This document shows positions 1 to 14,424 of a stretch of DNA of 64,000 nt, one piece after another (within the stretch, counting starts at the first letter, position 1; each line of letters begins with the position of its first letter). The stretch lies in NCBI GenBank assembly GCA_964016885.1, contig OZ024740.1, positions 93,124,001-93,188,000 of the forward strand, given 5' to 3'. A model generated the notes under the pieces. That model searched no databases and was not told the DNA's origin. It worked only from the letters and a program-made list of their open reading frames with translations. The position numbers and the translations under genes were made by a program. The stretch comes from Eledone cirrhosa. Its lineage: Eukaryota.

Positions 1-3000
1 CCAGATAACGGAGGAACCACCCGAAACAGACAATGATCTGAATGATGAGATAAATAATGCCTGGAACAGAGATACGGCCACTGAGGAGATGAATGCTGAC
101 GGGCTAGGACAAGATTTGGTAGATATCCTAAACTTAGTGGTATTGAACAATGATAGTGGGAGACCTATGGACCTAAGATTTGTAGACAGGAAAAAGTTAA
201 AAGAAACAACAGTTAAGGTAAACAAAGTCATCCCATACCTTGAGGTGAGGAGCCTTCACCAGTGCAACAATATCCTCAAAGCAACAGCAAATTCTGTAAG
301 GAAACTACTTGGTATAAAAGCGAGAGGAAACAACAGACAAGAAAGAGCAGAGCCTTGGTGGAAGAAACGACTGAGTGGTCAACTTAGGGAAATGAGAAAT
401 GACATTGGAAAGCTTGAGTCCCTACTGAATGGGACACTAAAAGACATAGACACTAAAACTAGACTGGAAATAAAGTACAAAACTAGGAGGAAAAAGCTAA
501 ATATCATCATAGAGGAAATGAAGCAACGCATTGTAGCAAAAAGTGCAAAAATCAGGCGATACGAGAACAGAGTCAGCCAGTATAGACAGAACCGCATGTT
601 CGACAACAACCAGAAGATGCTGTTGGGACAGCTTGAAGGGAAATAAAGAGGCAACGACTTGATCCCTGAGGCTGAACAAACTAAAACATTCTGGAGAGCA
701 ATATGGGAGCAGGATGTTAAACATAATGACCAGGCAGTGTGGATTGAGACAGTACAGAAGGAGATCAGTGAACAGGCACGCCAACAAACTGATTTCAGTA
801 TCACAGTTGAAACTCTTAAGGGGCAGGCCAAAAAACTAACCAACTGGAAATCACCAGGCCCAGATGGTGTGCAGGGGTACTGGATTAAAAATATAACATC
901 CCTCCACCCGAAACTGACAACCATGTTCAATGACTGCTTGATGTCAGGTGAGTTACCAGAGTGGTTGACAAAAGGTACCACAGTTCTGATAATGAAAGAC
1001 CGAATCAAGGGTAATGATGTTACCAATTATAGACCTATCACATGTCTATCCGTAATGTGGAAACTGTTAACAAGCATTATCTCTGAGTAAATCTACCATC
1101 AACTCCACACAAAAAACTTGTTACCGGACGAACAGAAAGGATGCCGAAAGAAGTCACGTGGTACAAATGACCAGTTACTTATTGATAAGATGGTAATGAG
1201 GAATTGCAAGAAGAGACACACTGGTCTTGCCATGGGATGGATAGACTACAAAAAGGCATTTGACATGGTGCCTCATTCTTGGATCACCAAAACGCCTGGA
1301 GATCTTCAAGGTGGCAGATAACATCAGGCATTTTTTGGTCAAAAGTATGAGGTCCTGCGAAACAGATTTAACATCAACTGGAGAATCCTTGGGAAGCGTG
1401 AAGATCAAGAGAGGTATCTTCCAGGGAGATAGTCTGTCCCCTCTGTTGTTTGTTCTTGCCCTGATGCCCCAGACCAGTGTACTGCGAAAAGTGAGAGCAG
1501 GATACAGGTTGGGAAAGGGAGGGCTAACCATCAATCACCTCCTCTTCATGGACGATCTTAAGCTCTTCGGGAAGAGTGAGAAGGAGTTGGATGTGCTTGT
1601 TGACACTGTCCGTATTTTCAGCAATGATATATGTATGCAATTTGGTATCAGTAAGTGTGGAGTCATCGTGATGAAGTTGAGCAGAAGTAACGGAATCCAA
1701 GTACCAACGGGTGAGATGATAAAGGAAATTGACTCTGAAGAAGGATACAAGTATTTGGGCGTTCTGGAGGCTGATGACATCAAGAACAAAAAAATGAAGG
1801 AATTGATAAGAACTGAATACATTCGGACACTAAGGAGCGTATTAAAGTCACATCTGAACAGTAGGAATGCCATAAGTGCAGTAAATTCCCGAGCTGTGTG
1901 TATTATTAGGTACAGTGCGGGAATTCTCAGATGGAATGTTGCTGAACAAAAAGAAATGGATAGGAAGACTAGGAAGCTATTGACTATCTACAGTATGTTC
2001 CACAGGAGGAATGATGTCGATAGACTCTACTTTGGGAGTTCTGAGGGTGGAAGAGGTCTTATCAGCATAGAGGAATGTGTTCAGATGGAGAAAAACAACC
2101 TACACACATACGTGACTGATAGTAAGTAGCCAATGCTCAGAGCTGTACTGAAGGAGGGGACAATAGGCCAGGGTATGTCCAAGGAGGAAATAACATCAAG
2201 GAGAAAGAGCAGCCTTCAGGAAAAATCCCTTCATAGTACCTTCTTTGAGAACACTGGAACTGATTGAAAAGATGAGACATTAAAAAGGCTACAGAAGGAA
2301 TGTTAATGGCTGCGCAGGAGCAGGCTTTCAAAACGAAGTGGTTGACAGACCACATTTACAAGGAGGAGGCTAGCCCACTGTGCAGGATCTGTGGAGAGAG
2401 AGAGGAGACTGTGGCTCACATTGTATCCCAGACTCACTATAAGTGCTGGAGACATGATGTGATGGGCAGGGTGATCCACTGGCACCTATACAAAGTAAAC
2501 AATTTACCACACTCTGAGAAGTGGTATGAGCATAAACCAGAGGCTTTGATAGAAAACGATCAGGTGAAGGTGCTGTGGGATTTTAGGATACAGACGGACA
2601 AGAAACTGGAACACAATAGACATAACTTGTGGTTTTGGACAAAGAAAAAAGATCGTGCCTGATTGTGGATGTCGCCTGCCAATTCGACACGAGAGTGCAA
2701 GAGAAGGAAAGGGAGAAAATAAACCGATACCAGGACTTAAAGTGGGATGTAAAAAGGATTTGGAACTGCCATGAAGTCAAGGTGATCCCGATTGTCATAG
2801 GCGTACTAGGGACTATCTCAAAAAGTTTCCAGGGATGGTTAAAGAAAATTGGCCCCTTCACGCTTTTTGGAACGCTTTAAAAGGCATGCTTGCTTGGAAC
2901 AGCAAGAACCCTCCGATACGTCCTGAATATCTGAGGCTGCAGGTAGTGGCTTGATATTTTTCTCAACAAACTTTCCAGTTAACTAACATCAATGACTGTG

Positions 3001-3045
3001 ACTCAAAGAGTAATAACAATAATAATAATAATAATAAAAATAATA
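1..3045 (+). mobile_element. Non-LTR retrotransposon, R4/Dong-like (RT + CCHC knuckle + restriction-like endonuclease); frameshifted and stopped; 5' end outside window
   Basis: ORF pieces 89-646, 659-1090, 1118-1321, 1260-2129, 2300-2662 and 2629-2880 carry [87 protein letters not shown] and PIVIGVLG. Ends in a (TAA)n tail at ~3010-3045. Confidence 0.9.
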
Positions 3046-3340
3046 AAGTTGGAATTAAAAAGTATTTGGGATTGTTAAGAGCACAAGTTCGTCCTGATTT
3101 TCATAGGTGCACTTGATACTATCTCAAAAAATGTTCAATGATGATTAAAGAGTAATTATCCAGTCCCCTTTTTAGAACACTTCAACATGAATGTTTGCTA
3201 GGAACAGCAATAACCCTCTGAAACGTCCTGAAAAGCTGAGGCTCCAGGTAGCGGCTTGATGTTCATTCGAACAAAGTTTACAGTCAAATAACGTCAGTGA
3301 CTGAGACGCCGAGAATAATACTAATACTGATAACAATAGA
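3046..3340 (+). mobile_element. Second, 5'-truncated and diverged 3' end of a related R4/Dong-like LINE
   Basis: Re-uses motifs of ~2740-3020 (actatctcaaaaa, tgct-ggaacagcaa, ctgaggct-caggtag-ggcttgat) and has a TAA-like tail. Confidence 0.75.
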
Positions 3341-3469
3341 AGAAGCAGGTGGTGTTTGCATTTTTATGGATTCGCACCCGTAAGATTTTTTTGTTTTGCA
3401 TATTTAAATCAATTGTGACATAATAACACGGGAGATGTTAGGTGAGTGGGAGAAAAACTCTGTTGGAAA

Positions 3470-4860
3470 TTTGACATAAACGTATGATCTACGGACTGGA
3501 CTCACGTTACCGACCGCGTTAGAATTCTTATCCTTAACATAATTCACAGAAGACTACCTGTGCTTCATGGTGGATTATACCGAGATGATGCTCTTTTGGC
3601 ATTACCTAACCATAATGAAAGCACCCTTAGTAGGAAAAACAATATAATTATCAATTTCTTTTAATAATTACCGTCTTAAACTCGAAATAGAAAATAATAA
3701 TAGAATAGTCAACTCACTAGATATAATGTAAAGCCTTAATATGTTATTTGCTATCCATTCCAATCACTATTCAAATCACCCTTGACACGTTAGATGGGCC
3801 ATAGTTAATAGTGTTCAACAAAGTATCTCTAGAGATTCTTAGAGCAAGAATATTTTCGAGAGTAAGGCTAATTAATATAACATTGCTTCAAATAGAGCAG
3901 GTTACCCTTATAACATTTAATACATTGATAAACATGATAATCCCTCACCCCGTATATAAATCAGCATGGAATAGATATTAAGACTACCACACACACATTT
4001 GATAACAATTCTAATGATGCTGATAACCAAAACCTAAGATATGGAATCAGGACAAATCTGATTTCGAATCGATATAACTCCTATAAAACCAATATTAAAT
4101 AAAACGTAAAAGAGTTCGATACCGTTCTGTTTTCTGGTATCAAGAATAAATTATTTTATGTTTTCTTTAATGCTTTTCATGAATGTTTTCCAAAAACAGA
4201 TAAATATAGTAGAATCTTTAACCGACACACAATTAAACTTTCGCACCCGACTAAAAATGTTGCCCAAAATTTAGCTAAAATTAACTATAGAAATCTCGGA
4301 ATTAATCATAGAGTGTTAACTCATAATGGTAGTCTTGGAATTACTAACGCAATTAGAAATGATTACACCAGGGACATAGACGATGAAAATATAACGTCTT
4401 ATAGACACAGAGTTGCATGACTGAACAGTAACGTAAGTAATTGTGATTTTAAAGAAAGTTATTTCTTCCTGTTAAACAATAACTGTCCTGATCGAAATTT
4501 AGTTTATAAATGCATAGTTGAAACTAAATATTAGTCACATAATTATATTGGTGCCCCCTCTTCAATATTTAAAGAAAGATTTTATAACCGTCGCCACTTG
4601 TTCCTTTCTGAATTGACTTAGGCACTTAAAAATAATATCGAATATTCCATTTTTTGGTAGAAACTTGATAATAATTTGCCTTATAAAATGCTTCCGTATC
4701 TTAAGTATCTGACGTTTCTACCACATACATTCTACATATAATACATAACAGACATTTAATGATTAATAAACGAACCGTGATATTTAGCTTTTGTCTTCAC
4801 AGAATTTTGAAAACGTTTCATACAGTTTTTTGTTAAACTTAGCAAAGAAAGAAAAAAAGA
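3470..4860 (+). pseudogene. Heavily decayed Penelope-like element (RT and GIY-YIG remnants)
   Basis: ggtggattataccgagatgat = GGLYRDD; IFNRHTIKLS at ~4213; NLVYKC...YIGA at ~4497-4555. The same motifs occur in the PLE ORFs at 44412 and 54099. Confidence 0.75.
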
Positions 4861-5429
4861 AAAACAAAATAATTGTATATGAAAGATTCTTTATTTAATT
4901 TTTAAGCAATTTTATTATGTTGACATAGAAAATGAATTGGGCCATGTTAATTGCATCATTCTTTTGGACTAATTAATTTATCCCATACTATTGTAACCAC
5001 ATCATTTCCCTTTAAAAAATAGACGAATTGAAAAAATAAGTAAACAAACATTTTTTATCATTATAAACGTTTCATCTACCTGATCTTTAGTTTCTATATG
5101 AGTAAATTAAATGTAATATACATTTATAAACTAGGCTATAATCCATTCATAATTTCTTATAATAATAGTTAATATTTTCCTCTATTCGTATAATACCTAC
5201 TTAATTATAATTGTTGAAAGGATAAATTTGGCCACCCTAATTGCATCTCTTCTTTTTAACTAATTAATTCATCTCATCTCATTATAACCATATCTGTTAT
5301 ATAAAAGAAAAACCCATACCAATTGTTAAATATATTTCCACTCACATAATATCAATCTAAATTATATACGAACAAGGAAAATTTACGTTTATAATCCTAA
5401 TTTTTGTCTTCATTATTTAGTTTCCATAT

Positions 5430-5618
5430 GGGCGGTGGATTGGCAGTATCGGTGGAAGGTCGGAGGCCATGCTTTCCAGCATAGTTACGTCCCTTTACGA
5501 TCTGAGTTCAAATCCCGCCGAGGTTTACTTTGCCTTTCATCCTTACGGGGTCGATAAAATAAAGTACCAGTAATGTACTGGGATAATTGCTGGCCTTGTG
5601 CCAAAAGTAGAAACAATA
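5430..5618 (+). mobile_element. tRNA-derived SINE (octopus-type) with target-site duplication
   Basis: A-box-like tggcagtatcgg and B-box gagttcaaatcc; body ctttgcctttcatccttacggggtcgataaaataaagtaccag; flanked on both sides by ATTTAGTTTCCATAT. Confidence 0.85.
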
Positions 5619-6054
5619 ATTTAGTTTCCATATGACTCTTGATTCCTAAAATATTCTCCTTGGTATGAAATGTATACATGTATGTATTTAGTATATCTAT
5701 TTTCAGCAAATATAAGTAACATATAAACTGTCTAACGGTCAAAACTTTTTTTTTTTGTTTGTTTTAACAATTTAATGCCGTCATAATTTAAATTTCAAAA
5801 ATGTTAAGTCCAACAGTTTTCCTCCAACTCTCGAAAGAGCCCATGCGTGGTTTCTTTTTTTCTAATCATATTCTTATGTCCAGCTTGATTGACCACCCGT
5901 ATATCAAAAGAATTCTCCATTGCCTAAGCATTTCATTTAACGAGACCATGTTATGGATGATGCCATATATTAACATTGTATCTTCGAAATATATATAAAA
6001 CAAATACAGATAATCTAAAGAAACTATCTGTTGTTTATTATTATTACCATCATA

Positions 6055-6390
6055 AGGGCGGTGAATTGGCAGTATCGGTAGAGGGTTGGACACCATGCTT
6101 TCCAGCATAGTTACGTCCCTTTACAGTCTGAGTTCAAATCCCGCCGAGGTTAACTTTGCCTTTCATCCTTACGGGGTCGATAAAATAAAGTACCAGTAAT
6201 GTACTGGGATAATTGCTGGCCTTGTGCCAAAAGTAGAAACAATAATTTCCAGCATAGTTACGTCCCTTTACAGTCTGAGTTCAAATCCCGCCGAGGTTTA
6301 CTTTGCCTTTCATCCTTACGGTGTCGATAAAATAAAGTACCAGTAATGTACTGGGATAATTGCTGGCCTTGTGCCAAAAGTAGAAACAAT
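6055..6390 (+). mobile_element. Same SINE family: a full monomer plus a 5'-truncated second monomer
   Basis: Near-identical to 5430-5618; second unit restarts at ~6247 (ttccagcatag). 16-bp TSD TATTATTACCATCATA at 6039-6054 and 6391-6406. Confidence 0.85.
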
Positions 6391-6542
6391 TATTATTACC
6401 ATCATACTCCATATATATATATATGTTTATATATATATATATATATATAAGTAGAAGGGGTTTTTAATTTGTATGAAGTCCGACAAATATCACAGTTTAT
6501 AACTGATTTAGAGCACTAAACATATAACTGGAGTAAATATTC

Positions 6543-6879
6543 AATGATATTAAATAAATGGAAACTATATTTATAAAACCATATTTATATTATTATATAT
6601 ATTTCAAGGGTACCAAGACAACATTGGTACGCTTTCATCAGATAATATACAAATGTTGTTTAATAAATAGAGATATAACCATGAAAATCATACCTTATCG
6701 ATATCCAGTGAATTTCCAACCGATAAGGTATGATTTTCATGCGTATGTCTCTATTTATAAAACAAACTTTGTATTTTATCTGATGAAAGCGTATCTATGC
6801 TGTCTTGGTACACTTGAAATATATATAATTAAATAAATATGGTTTTATAAATATAGTTTCCATTTATTTAATATCATTG
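6543..6879. repeat. Foldback palindrome (~160-bp arms) carrying two divergent hammerhead motifs
   Basis: caatgatattaaataaatggaaac... at the left end is the reverse complement of ...gtttccatttatttaatatcattg at the right end; short spacer at ~6703-6720. Confidence 0.9.
6588..6647 (-). ncRNA. Type I hammerhead ribozyme motif
   Basis: Minus strand reads tattat CTGATGA aagcgtaccaa-tgttgtc-ttggtaccctt GAAA tatata TA ataata (6-bp stem I). A weaker mirror copy lies at 6775-6833 (+). Confidence 0.7.
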
Positions 6880-6996
6880 TATATATATATATATTTATAT
6901 ATATACGTGTGTATAATGGTATCTATGGTGCTTCCATAGGCGGTATGCCAAAATTAGCACTCAATATTCATACAGAGCAGAGTGTGGATAGTATAA

Positions 6997-7672
6997 AAAA
7001 ACAAAAAAATCAGTGATGCATCTGGACTCAGTTTATTGCGTTTTACAATTGTTTCGCCGGCAGGTAGCTCGAGACATGATCACTCTATGGATCTGGCTGA
7101 TTCTACGGCTGCAGGTTCCTTCGGACACGGGCAGTTCGTACGGCGCAAATTTTCTCACTGGGGTGTTGTCGTCAAAAAACACCTTCAAGAAACATCTTCC
7201 ACTCTTGTCATGCCATTGGCTGTTGTTATTCTACGTCATCTTAAGTTCTGGTCCTTAATATACTGTTACACGTGTCATCGGCCATTTTCCGTCCGACACA
7301 CTTCAATGGAGCCCTGCTGGGTTCGGTATCTCACACTTCTGTTCTCACTCCAGGGTATTTACCCACATATACACACACACACATGCACACACACGTGCAG
7401 GCACACACACATGCATGCATACACATATGTACGCATACATGTGTAGACACACATAATCCCATACACATATATACACGCATATACACGCATATCCCTATTG
7501 ATAGGCAACAAGTACAGACATAAGCACACATATACACATAAACACACACCTGTACGTATATCTACACACATGTACATGTACTCGCATATAAACACATAGA
7601 CAAACACTGTCTTATGTGGGTGTACGTATGCGCCCACACACACACACACACACAATGACATGTATTCACACC

Positions 7673-7711
<39 letters not shown>

Positions 7712-7862
7712 ATTTATATATGTGTGTATACATACACACACACACATACACACACACATGCAGACACACACGTATACACATATACATATATGCATACGCA
7801 CACATACATACACATACACATGTATACACGCACATACACATCCATACAAAATACACATACAT

Positions 7863-7943
<81 letters not shown>

Positions 7944-8763
7944 CTACATGCATACGCACACCCACATATATATATACATATATACATGCACACATGTACA
8001 TACATATACATATACATGTACACACATGTACATACATATACATACGAACACAGACGGCCACATGCACACACATGCTCATATGCATATTTGCTTACACACA
8101 TGCTGGCACATCTCACATGAATGCGTACGGATGGATTATATATTCATTTTATTATGTATTATTTTATCATATATCCATCGTGTATGTATTTATGTATGTA
8201 TGAATATGTAAGCACGTATATGTATATACATTTATATAATATTGTAAACTATATTGTTATTTTATTATATATTTAATTTAATGTTTTGTATATATAAAAA
8301 CATTAAATTAAATATATAATAAAATATACATTATACAAAAAAATAACAATAAAATAACATAACATAACATAACAATATAGTATACAATATTATATAAACA
8401 TATATACATATACGTGCTTTCATATTCATACATACTTAAATACATACACAATGGATATATGATACAATAATACATAATAAAATTAATATATAATCCATAC
8501 GTACGCATTCATGTGAAATGTACACATATATATATACACATAAATACACATACATATAGAGACCCACATACACATACATAGGCGCACACACATATATATA
8601 CATACGCACCTACATACACACACATACTCATACACAGCTATACATATATATTTACATATATATATACATAATACACAGCCACGTTGTACATACATGTACA
8701 TGCATGCACACACACACGTATAAACTCATGAATATACGTACACATGCACACATACATACACCG

Positions 8764-8823
<60 letters not shown>

Positions 8824-11128
8824 GTATATATATATATATATATATCTACATACACACACATATACATATACATATACATATACATAAGCACAGTACTACA
8901 CATATAAACACAATTAGATAATAAAATAAAATAAATAAATTTACAATATTTTAAAATACATTAAAATCTGTATGTAACTTCACAAAGAGATAAATAAAAA
9001 AGGGGGGAGGTACAAAGAGATAAATAAAAAAGGGGGAAGGTGCATGTATCAATGTGATATATTACACACAGGTAGTATGAGGTGCAAACCTAGGTACGTA
9101 TGTGGAACACGTAAGAATAACAAAACAATAACATCAGTAATAATAATTGTTCCAAAGAGGAACATGTGGAGAGTTGATATTCACGTTTGACGGAGTACAC
9201 ATTCAAGGGGACGCTTGGCCCAGTCACCATGGGGTATGCCACCGTGGTTGGGGTGTGCTGTTCTATATGTTTGCGGTATTTGACTGGACGACCGTGGACT
9301 CCGTGTTAGTCGGTCCCGGCATAGGCGATGTAGCTGCCCAATGTTGCGGGGCCCGGTCAGGCGTGCACCCTGGTTTACTTATGTTTGTGTGAATCTGGTC
9401 CCATGCCTCTAGCCTGTGCCACTCGGAGGATTCCATGCTGCAAATATGCATCTTCTCTGGTATCTGCGGGTCACGATAATTTCAGACTTCAGGTTGATCG
9501 CGTCATCTTTCAGTCTGAGTATATCCATGGCCTCGTGTAGGCATAATCGTCACTTTCTACTTCCAGCCGAATATGCCCTCACATGGCGAACGATTCTCCA
9601 TTCCAGTGCGTACGGAGTGCCTTGGTCTTTCAGGTTCCAAACCAGGTACGCTAAGCTAGTGGAGTGCCTTTTGCTTCAGTCCCTGAAGGAATTCGTGTGA
9701 TAATACATCCGCGATTTAAAGGTCGTGTATGTTGCGACGATGTAGGTGCGATGAGAATTTTCGGTTGTAAACAGACACTTGTATATCAGGACCTTCGTCA
9801 GGGATTTTTCCTGCAGGGGGCACTGGGTGCCCGCTTTGCAGTTAAAAGTTCTGTTGTCGGTTCTTTTGCATCTGATGTCTGGGCCTCGATCTGTTATGGC
9901 CCTCTCAGGGTTCGCAGGGTGTTGTTCCGCCGACACTGTGGTCTCCCCTATGCCACTCATTCCCTCCCGGCGCTGGCCCACATGACCTTCCGCGGGCGTT
10001 CCGGCCGCCTCGGGAGCTGGGTTGTTATTTGAGGGCTGGTCGCCGGGTTGTCCCTGGCGCTCCGATAGACGGACATCCTGTCGCTGCGGTTGACGGCCAA
10101 TGCTCGCCATCTTCACCGCGTTAGTTTTAGCCATGTAGTCGGCCATGTTAGATGCTGTGGAGAAGGAAAACTTCACCGTGTGGCGGTTGAAGATTTTGTG
10201 GTACTTGTTCGTCGGCGGAAAGCACTGTCAGTGGGTGTGTGTATGTGTGGGCGTATACGTACACACACATAGGACAGGGTTGTCTATGTGTTTATATGCG
10301 GGTACATTTACTTGTGTGTAGATATATGTACAGGTGTGTGTATATGTGTGTATGTGTGCTTATGTCTTAGGAATTGTGTCTGTCCTTCATGCCTATCAAT
10401 AAGGATATGCGTGTATGTGCGTGTGTGCGTGTGTATCCATGTATGTGTCTGAGAGTGTTTGTGGGTATGGATGTGATGATGTGCCCGAACGCCGATGTGT
10501 GCCTGTGTATGCGTGCACGTGTGTGTCTGCGCGTGTGTGCGCATATGCGTGCGTGTGAGACTGGATGTATTGCGCTGTTTAGGCAGGCGCCAATAAGCAT
10601 GTGGCGGTCGGTATCTGGATGTGAATGTGCCGGGGTTTGTGGAAGAGAGGGCGAGTGTGTGCGTGATTATATGTGTATGGGTGTATGTGTGGCTACACAG
10701 GTATGCGTACATATGTGTATGCATGAATGTGTGTGTGCCTGCGCGTGTGTGTGCATTTGTGTGTGTGTGTATATATTGGGTACATACTCTGGAGTGTGAA
10801 CATATGTGTGAGATACCGAACCCAGCAGGGCTCCATTGAAGTGTGTTTGACGGAAAATGGCCGACGACCCATGTTCCAGTAAATAGTGACCAGAATTTAA
10901 GAAGACGTAGAAAAAACAACAGCTAATGGCATGACAAGAGGGGAATATGTTTTTTAAAGGTGTTCTTTGAGAAAATTTGCTCCGCACCAACTGCCCGTGT
11001 CCGAAGGACCTGCAGCCGTATAATCAGCCAGATCCATAACGTGATCATGTCTCGAGCTACCTGCCGGCGAAACAATTGTAACACGCAATAAACTGTGTCC
11101 AAATGCATCACTGATTTTTTCGTTTTTT

Positions 11129-11132
<4 letters not shown>
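6997..11132 (-). mobile_element. 5'-truncated Penelope-like element: GIY-YIG fragment, long microsatellite 3' UTR, inverted pseudo-LTR at ~10230-11132
   Basis: Minus-strand ORF 9676-10176 has KFSFSTASNM, NCKAGTQCPLQEK, LIYKC and TYIVATYTTFKSR and continues degenerate to ~9430. 6997-7640 is an inverted copy of ~10240-11130. Confidence 0.85.
8110..8520. repeat. Imperfect AT-rich inverted repeat inside the PLE 3' UTR
   Basis: catgaatgcgtacg-atggattatata... (~8116) mirrors ...tatataatccatacgtacgcattcatg (~8485-8513). Confidence 0.75.
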
Positions 11133-11179
<47 letters not shown>

Positions 11180-11249
11180 GTGGAGTGCATCATGTCTGTT
11201 ATATAAAATGTTCGTGTGATAATAAATCAACTGATTTTTATCATTCAAC

Positions 11250-11286
<37 letters not shown>

Positions 11287-11399
11287 ATATGCGTGGTGCG
11301 TGTTTGTGTGTATGTATGTGTGTGTGTGTATGTGTGTGTGTTTGTGTGTGTGTGGGTGTATGTGTGAGGGTGTTTGTGTGTGTGTGTGTGTGTAAATAG

Positions 11400-14350
11400 G
11401 GAGAAAGAACTATAATTAGTAAGAAATATTTTCTTTTTCCTTTATTTTGTTTCTCATTTTTCTTGGTTAGAAAATATTTAAAACAATATATTTAACTCTG
11501 TGTGAAGTGTTAATGTATTTGTTAATTAATTTATTAATTATCAAAAGCATTGGATTATTTATTTAATAATTATCAAATACCGGTTTCAGCATGCTATGCA
11601 TTATCAAATTATGTGTATGGGAGAGGAAAAAAAAGAGGGTGAAATTGTATTGGTCTAAAACGTAGGAGAGAAGATAAGGTGATGTTGAACATGTTATTGA
11701 AATGAGAAAGAAAGAATATTATTTTCAAACAATGTTTTTGAAGTCACAAATGGGGTGATGTCGAACATGATAAGTTAATGGCAAAGAAAGAATAATATTA
11801 TTTACAGGCATGGTACGTGAGGATAAGCAGTTCAAAAAGTGTTATTACTGCTTGGAGGAGTTGATCCATGATGATGGCAAACATCTGCCTGGGAATGGAT
11901 GTGTTTTCCCTTTTTAGAGAGTTAATATACAGGGGAAGGTAATTCAGGGTGGTTGGGTATGAGAAAGAGAGTAAAGGGGGTAATTCATTTATATAAGAAA
12001 AAGGATTAGATAGAGTGTCAGGGAGGTAACTCTTTAGATAACGTGGGAATGTTGGGCTATGGTTCATTGTTCGCTCCAGTTTTAGTTTAGTCCGAAGCTT
12101 AGTCTATTAATACAGGCTGGACTTTGTTAATGAAGTATATTTCCTCCTTCGTACAATGGATGAAAGAAGCGTTGTCTATGAATTTCTAAATGGGGAAAAT
12201 TCTAAAGTTTGGTTGTTAGTTAGGTGTACAATTGGCGATATGTTCATTAAAAGCAATCTTTCTGTATTCCTCTATTTTGATTTGTGATCTATGGACAGTC
12301 ATACGTTGTCGGAGGGTGATTTTTGTCTGTCCTCTCTAGTGCTCTCGACAACATGAGCAGGTCAAAACATAGATTAGGTTTTCAGATGCACATGTAAAGT
12401 CGTATTTAACTGTGGAATGTTGTCCTTGTTTAAAGTGGAATGTTGAACCTTCTATTAGATTTATACAAATACCTCAGTTGGGCCTTCCGCATTCTTTTAC
12501 TGTAGGGTTCATCATGAGGGTTGGTTGGATTTTGCCTTGTGTGAGGATATTTTTTTTATGGATTTAGGTTGTCTGTTGCTCTTAATGATGTTGTGTGTTT
12601 GGAGGATTTTATTCATTCTTGGGTCTCATTTTACTAAAGGAATGTTCTGGAGGATGGTGTCGAATGCCTCATTGTTGAGCGGTTTGTGTGTGGAGATGTA
12701 TGGTAGTGTTTTCTGTTTCGGGCCATTCCTTGGTTTGGGGTGTCTAGATCTTGGATGTTGTGTTTAGGGCGCGTTGGAATCCATTGTTGATTAGGGATGA
12801 CTGGTAGTTTCTGCTGATAAGTGTGTTCTTTAATTCATCTAGTCGTGTGTAGCATGTGAATGTATCTGAAACTATTGTGCAAATCCTTCTGACTAGGTTA
12901 TAATAAATTGCAATTTTGGTAGGGCGAGGGTGGCACGAGTTAAATGGAAGATATTGTTTGGTGTCTGTGGGTTTATAGCATATGTCTGTTTATTAAAGTA
13001 TATGTTGTTTGCTTTCTTGATGAAGATGTCAAGGAAAGAGAAGTGTACATGGCTCAATTCCATTGTAAATTGAATACTAATGTTGAGTCCATTTAGAAGT
13101 GTTTTAAACTCAATCAATCTTTCTATACTTTCATGCCAGAGGATGAAGAAGTAATCCAGATATCTCTTCCAATTTTTTTCTATGTGTAGATAGAAGTGGT
13201 TTCCCTATTTTTCTAGAACTTTTCGTTAGAGATTTGTTTCCACATACCCCATGAAAAGGTGGCATATTGGACGGGGTGGGGCTACTTTCGTGCCCATGGC
13301 ACTCCCAGATTTATGTCTGTAATATTTGGCATCGAATTCGAAGAAGTTATTTTCCAAGATGAATTTGAGGCCCTCCATCACAAATTATTTAGGGATGCGT
13401 TGTGGAAGTTCATTAGGGAAATCTTCAAGCCAGAATTCATTGCCTCTATACCTAGGTTGTGTGGGATATTGGAATATAGATTGATTACATCAAAGGTTAC
13501 TAGTAGGGTATCTTCATTATTAAGTGTTGTTGGAAGTAGGTTGAGCATGTCAAGGTCGTCTCTTGTGAAGCTTTTTATGTGTTTTAGAAAAGGTTTAAGC
13601 AGAATATCTATGCAGTTGCTTAGGTGGTGGGTTTCATATGTGGTACTTGCTATTATGGCTCTTAATTTGAGATCATCAGGAGGGGGTACAAAGATGTAAA
13701 TGTATGTGGCTTGCTACAGGGCCTGCATACTACTTTGATTTTGTGTATCTTTGGGATACCTTATAAACGGCAGGTTCTGCTTTTGAAATTGGTAATGTAG
13801 TTGTATTCCTTGTCGGTAAGGCCTTCTTTGTAAAGGGTTGTTAGGGATTTTAGGTTTCTAATTATCTTCTGTTGCGTGTAGTGTTGGGCCTTTTCGTAAT
13901 ATTTATGGTTTTCTAGAGTTGATAGTACTAAGTTCGTGTAGTAATCTATCCTCATAAGGACCACTGCACTCCCTTTATCCGCCTCCTTGACTGTTAGGGT
14001 TTTGACGTTCTTTAGAATGATAAGACCACTCCATTTTGTTTTGCTAAGGTTTGGTTTTTGTTTGTCTGTCTACGTGGTATGGGTACATAGTAAGGTGTTC
14101 GCAGAATTCATCGAGGAATTTGTTCTTGCCTTTTGTTGGGACGTAGTTGCTTCTATTTCTGGCTATTGAGTCATTCTGATTGTTTTTGTCGGATAGTTGC
14201 TCGCTGAGTCTTAGTTTTCTACATAATTCTGCAATATCTTATTTCATTTCGGGGTAGATTGGTCGTTGGATAGAATTTCAGACATTTGGCGAGTATGTTG
14301 TTTTGGTCTGTTGTTAATTATTTAGGGGTTAAATTAACGATTTTTATTAC
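11400..14350 (-). mobile_element. Decayed Penelope-like element, Neptune-like (RT + C-terminal GIY-YIG)
   Basis: Minus-strand pieces: KEADKGSAVVLM, LRAIIAST, LVTFDVINLYSNIPH, GVPMGTKVAP, WKRYLDY, FLDI, FTCASENLIYVLTC...GQTK.TLRQR. Many stops and frameshifts; the clade call is inference. Confidence 0.8.
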
Positions 14351-14358
14351 ATACATAC

Positions 14359-14424
<66 letters not shown>

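Noticed and set aside
379-1026. Antisense ORFs over LINE, PLE and Helitron coding regions (e.g. also 54083-54709)
   Set aside because: Shadow frames of the sense-strand coding sequence with no motifs of their own.
11035-11090. HHR-like 3' half GAAAC aatt GTA in the pseudo-LTR (mirror at ~7040-7090)
   Set aside because: No CTGANGA core is visible upstream.
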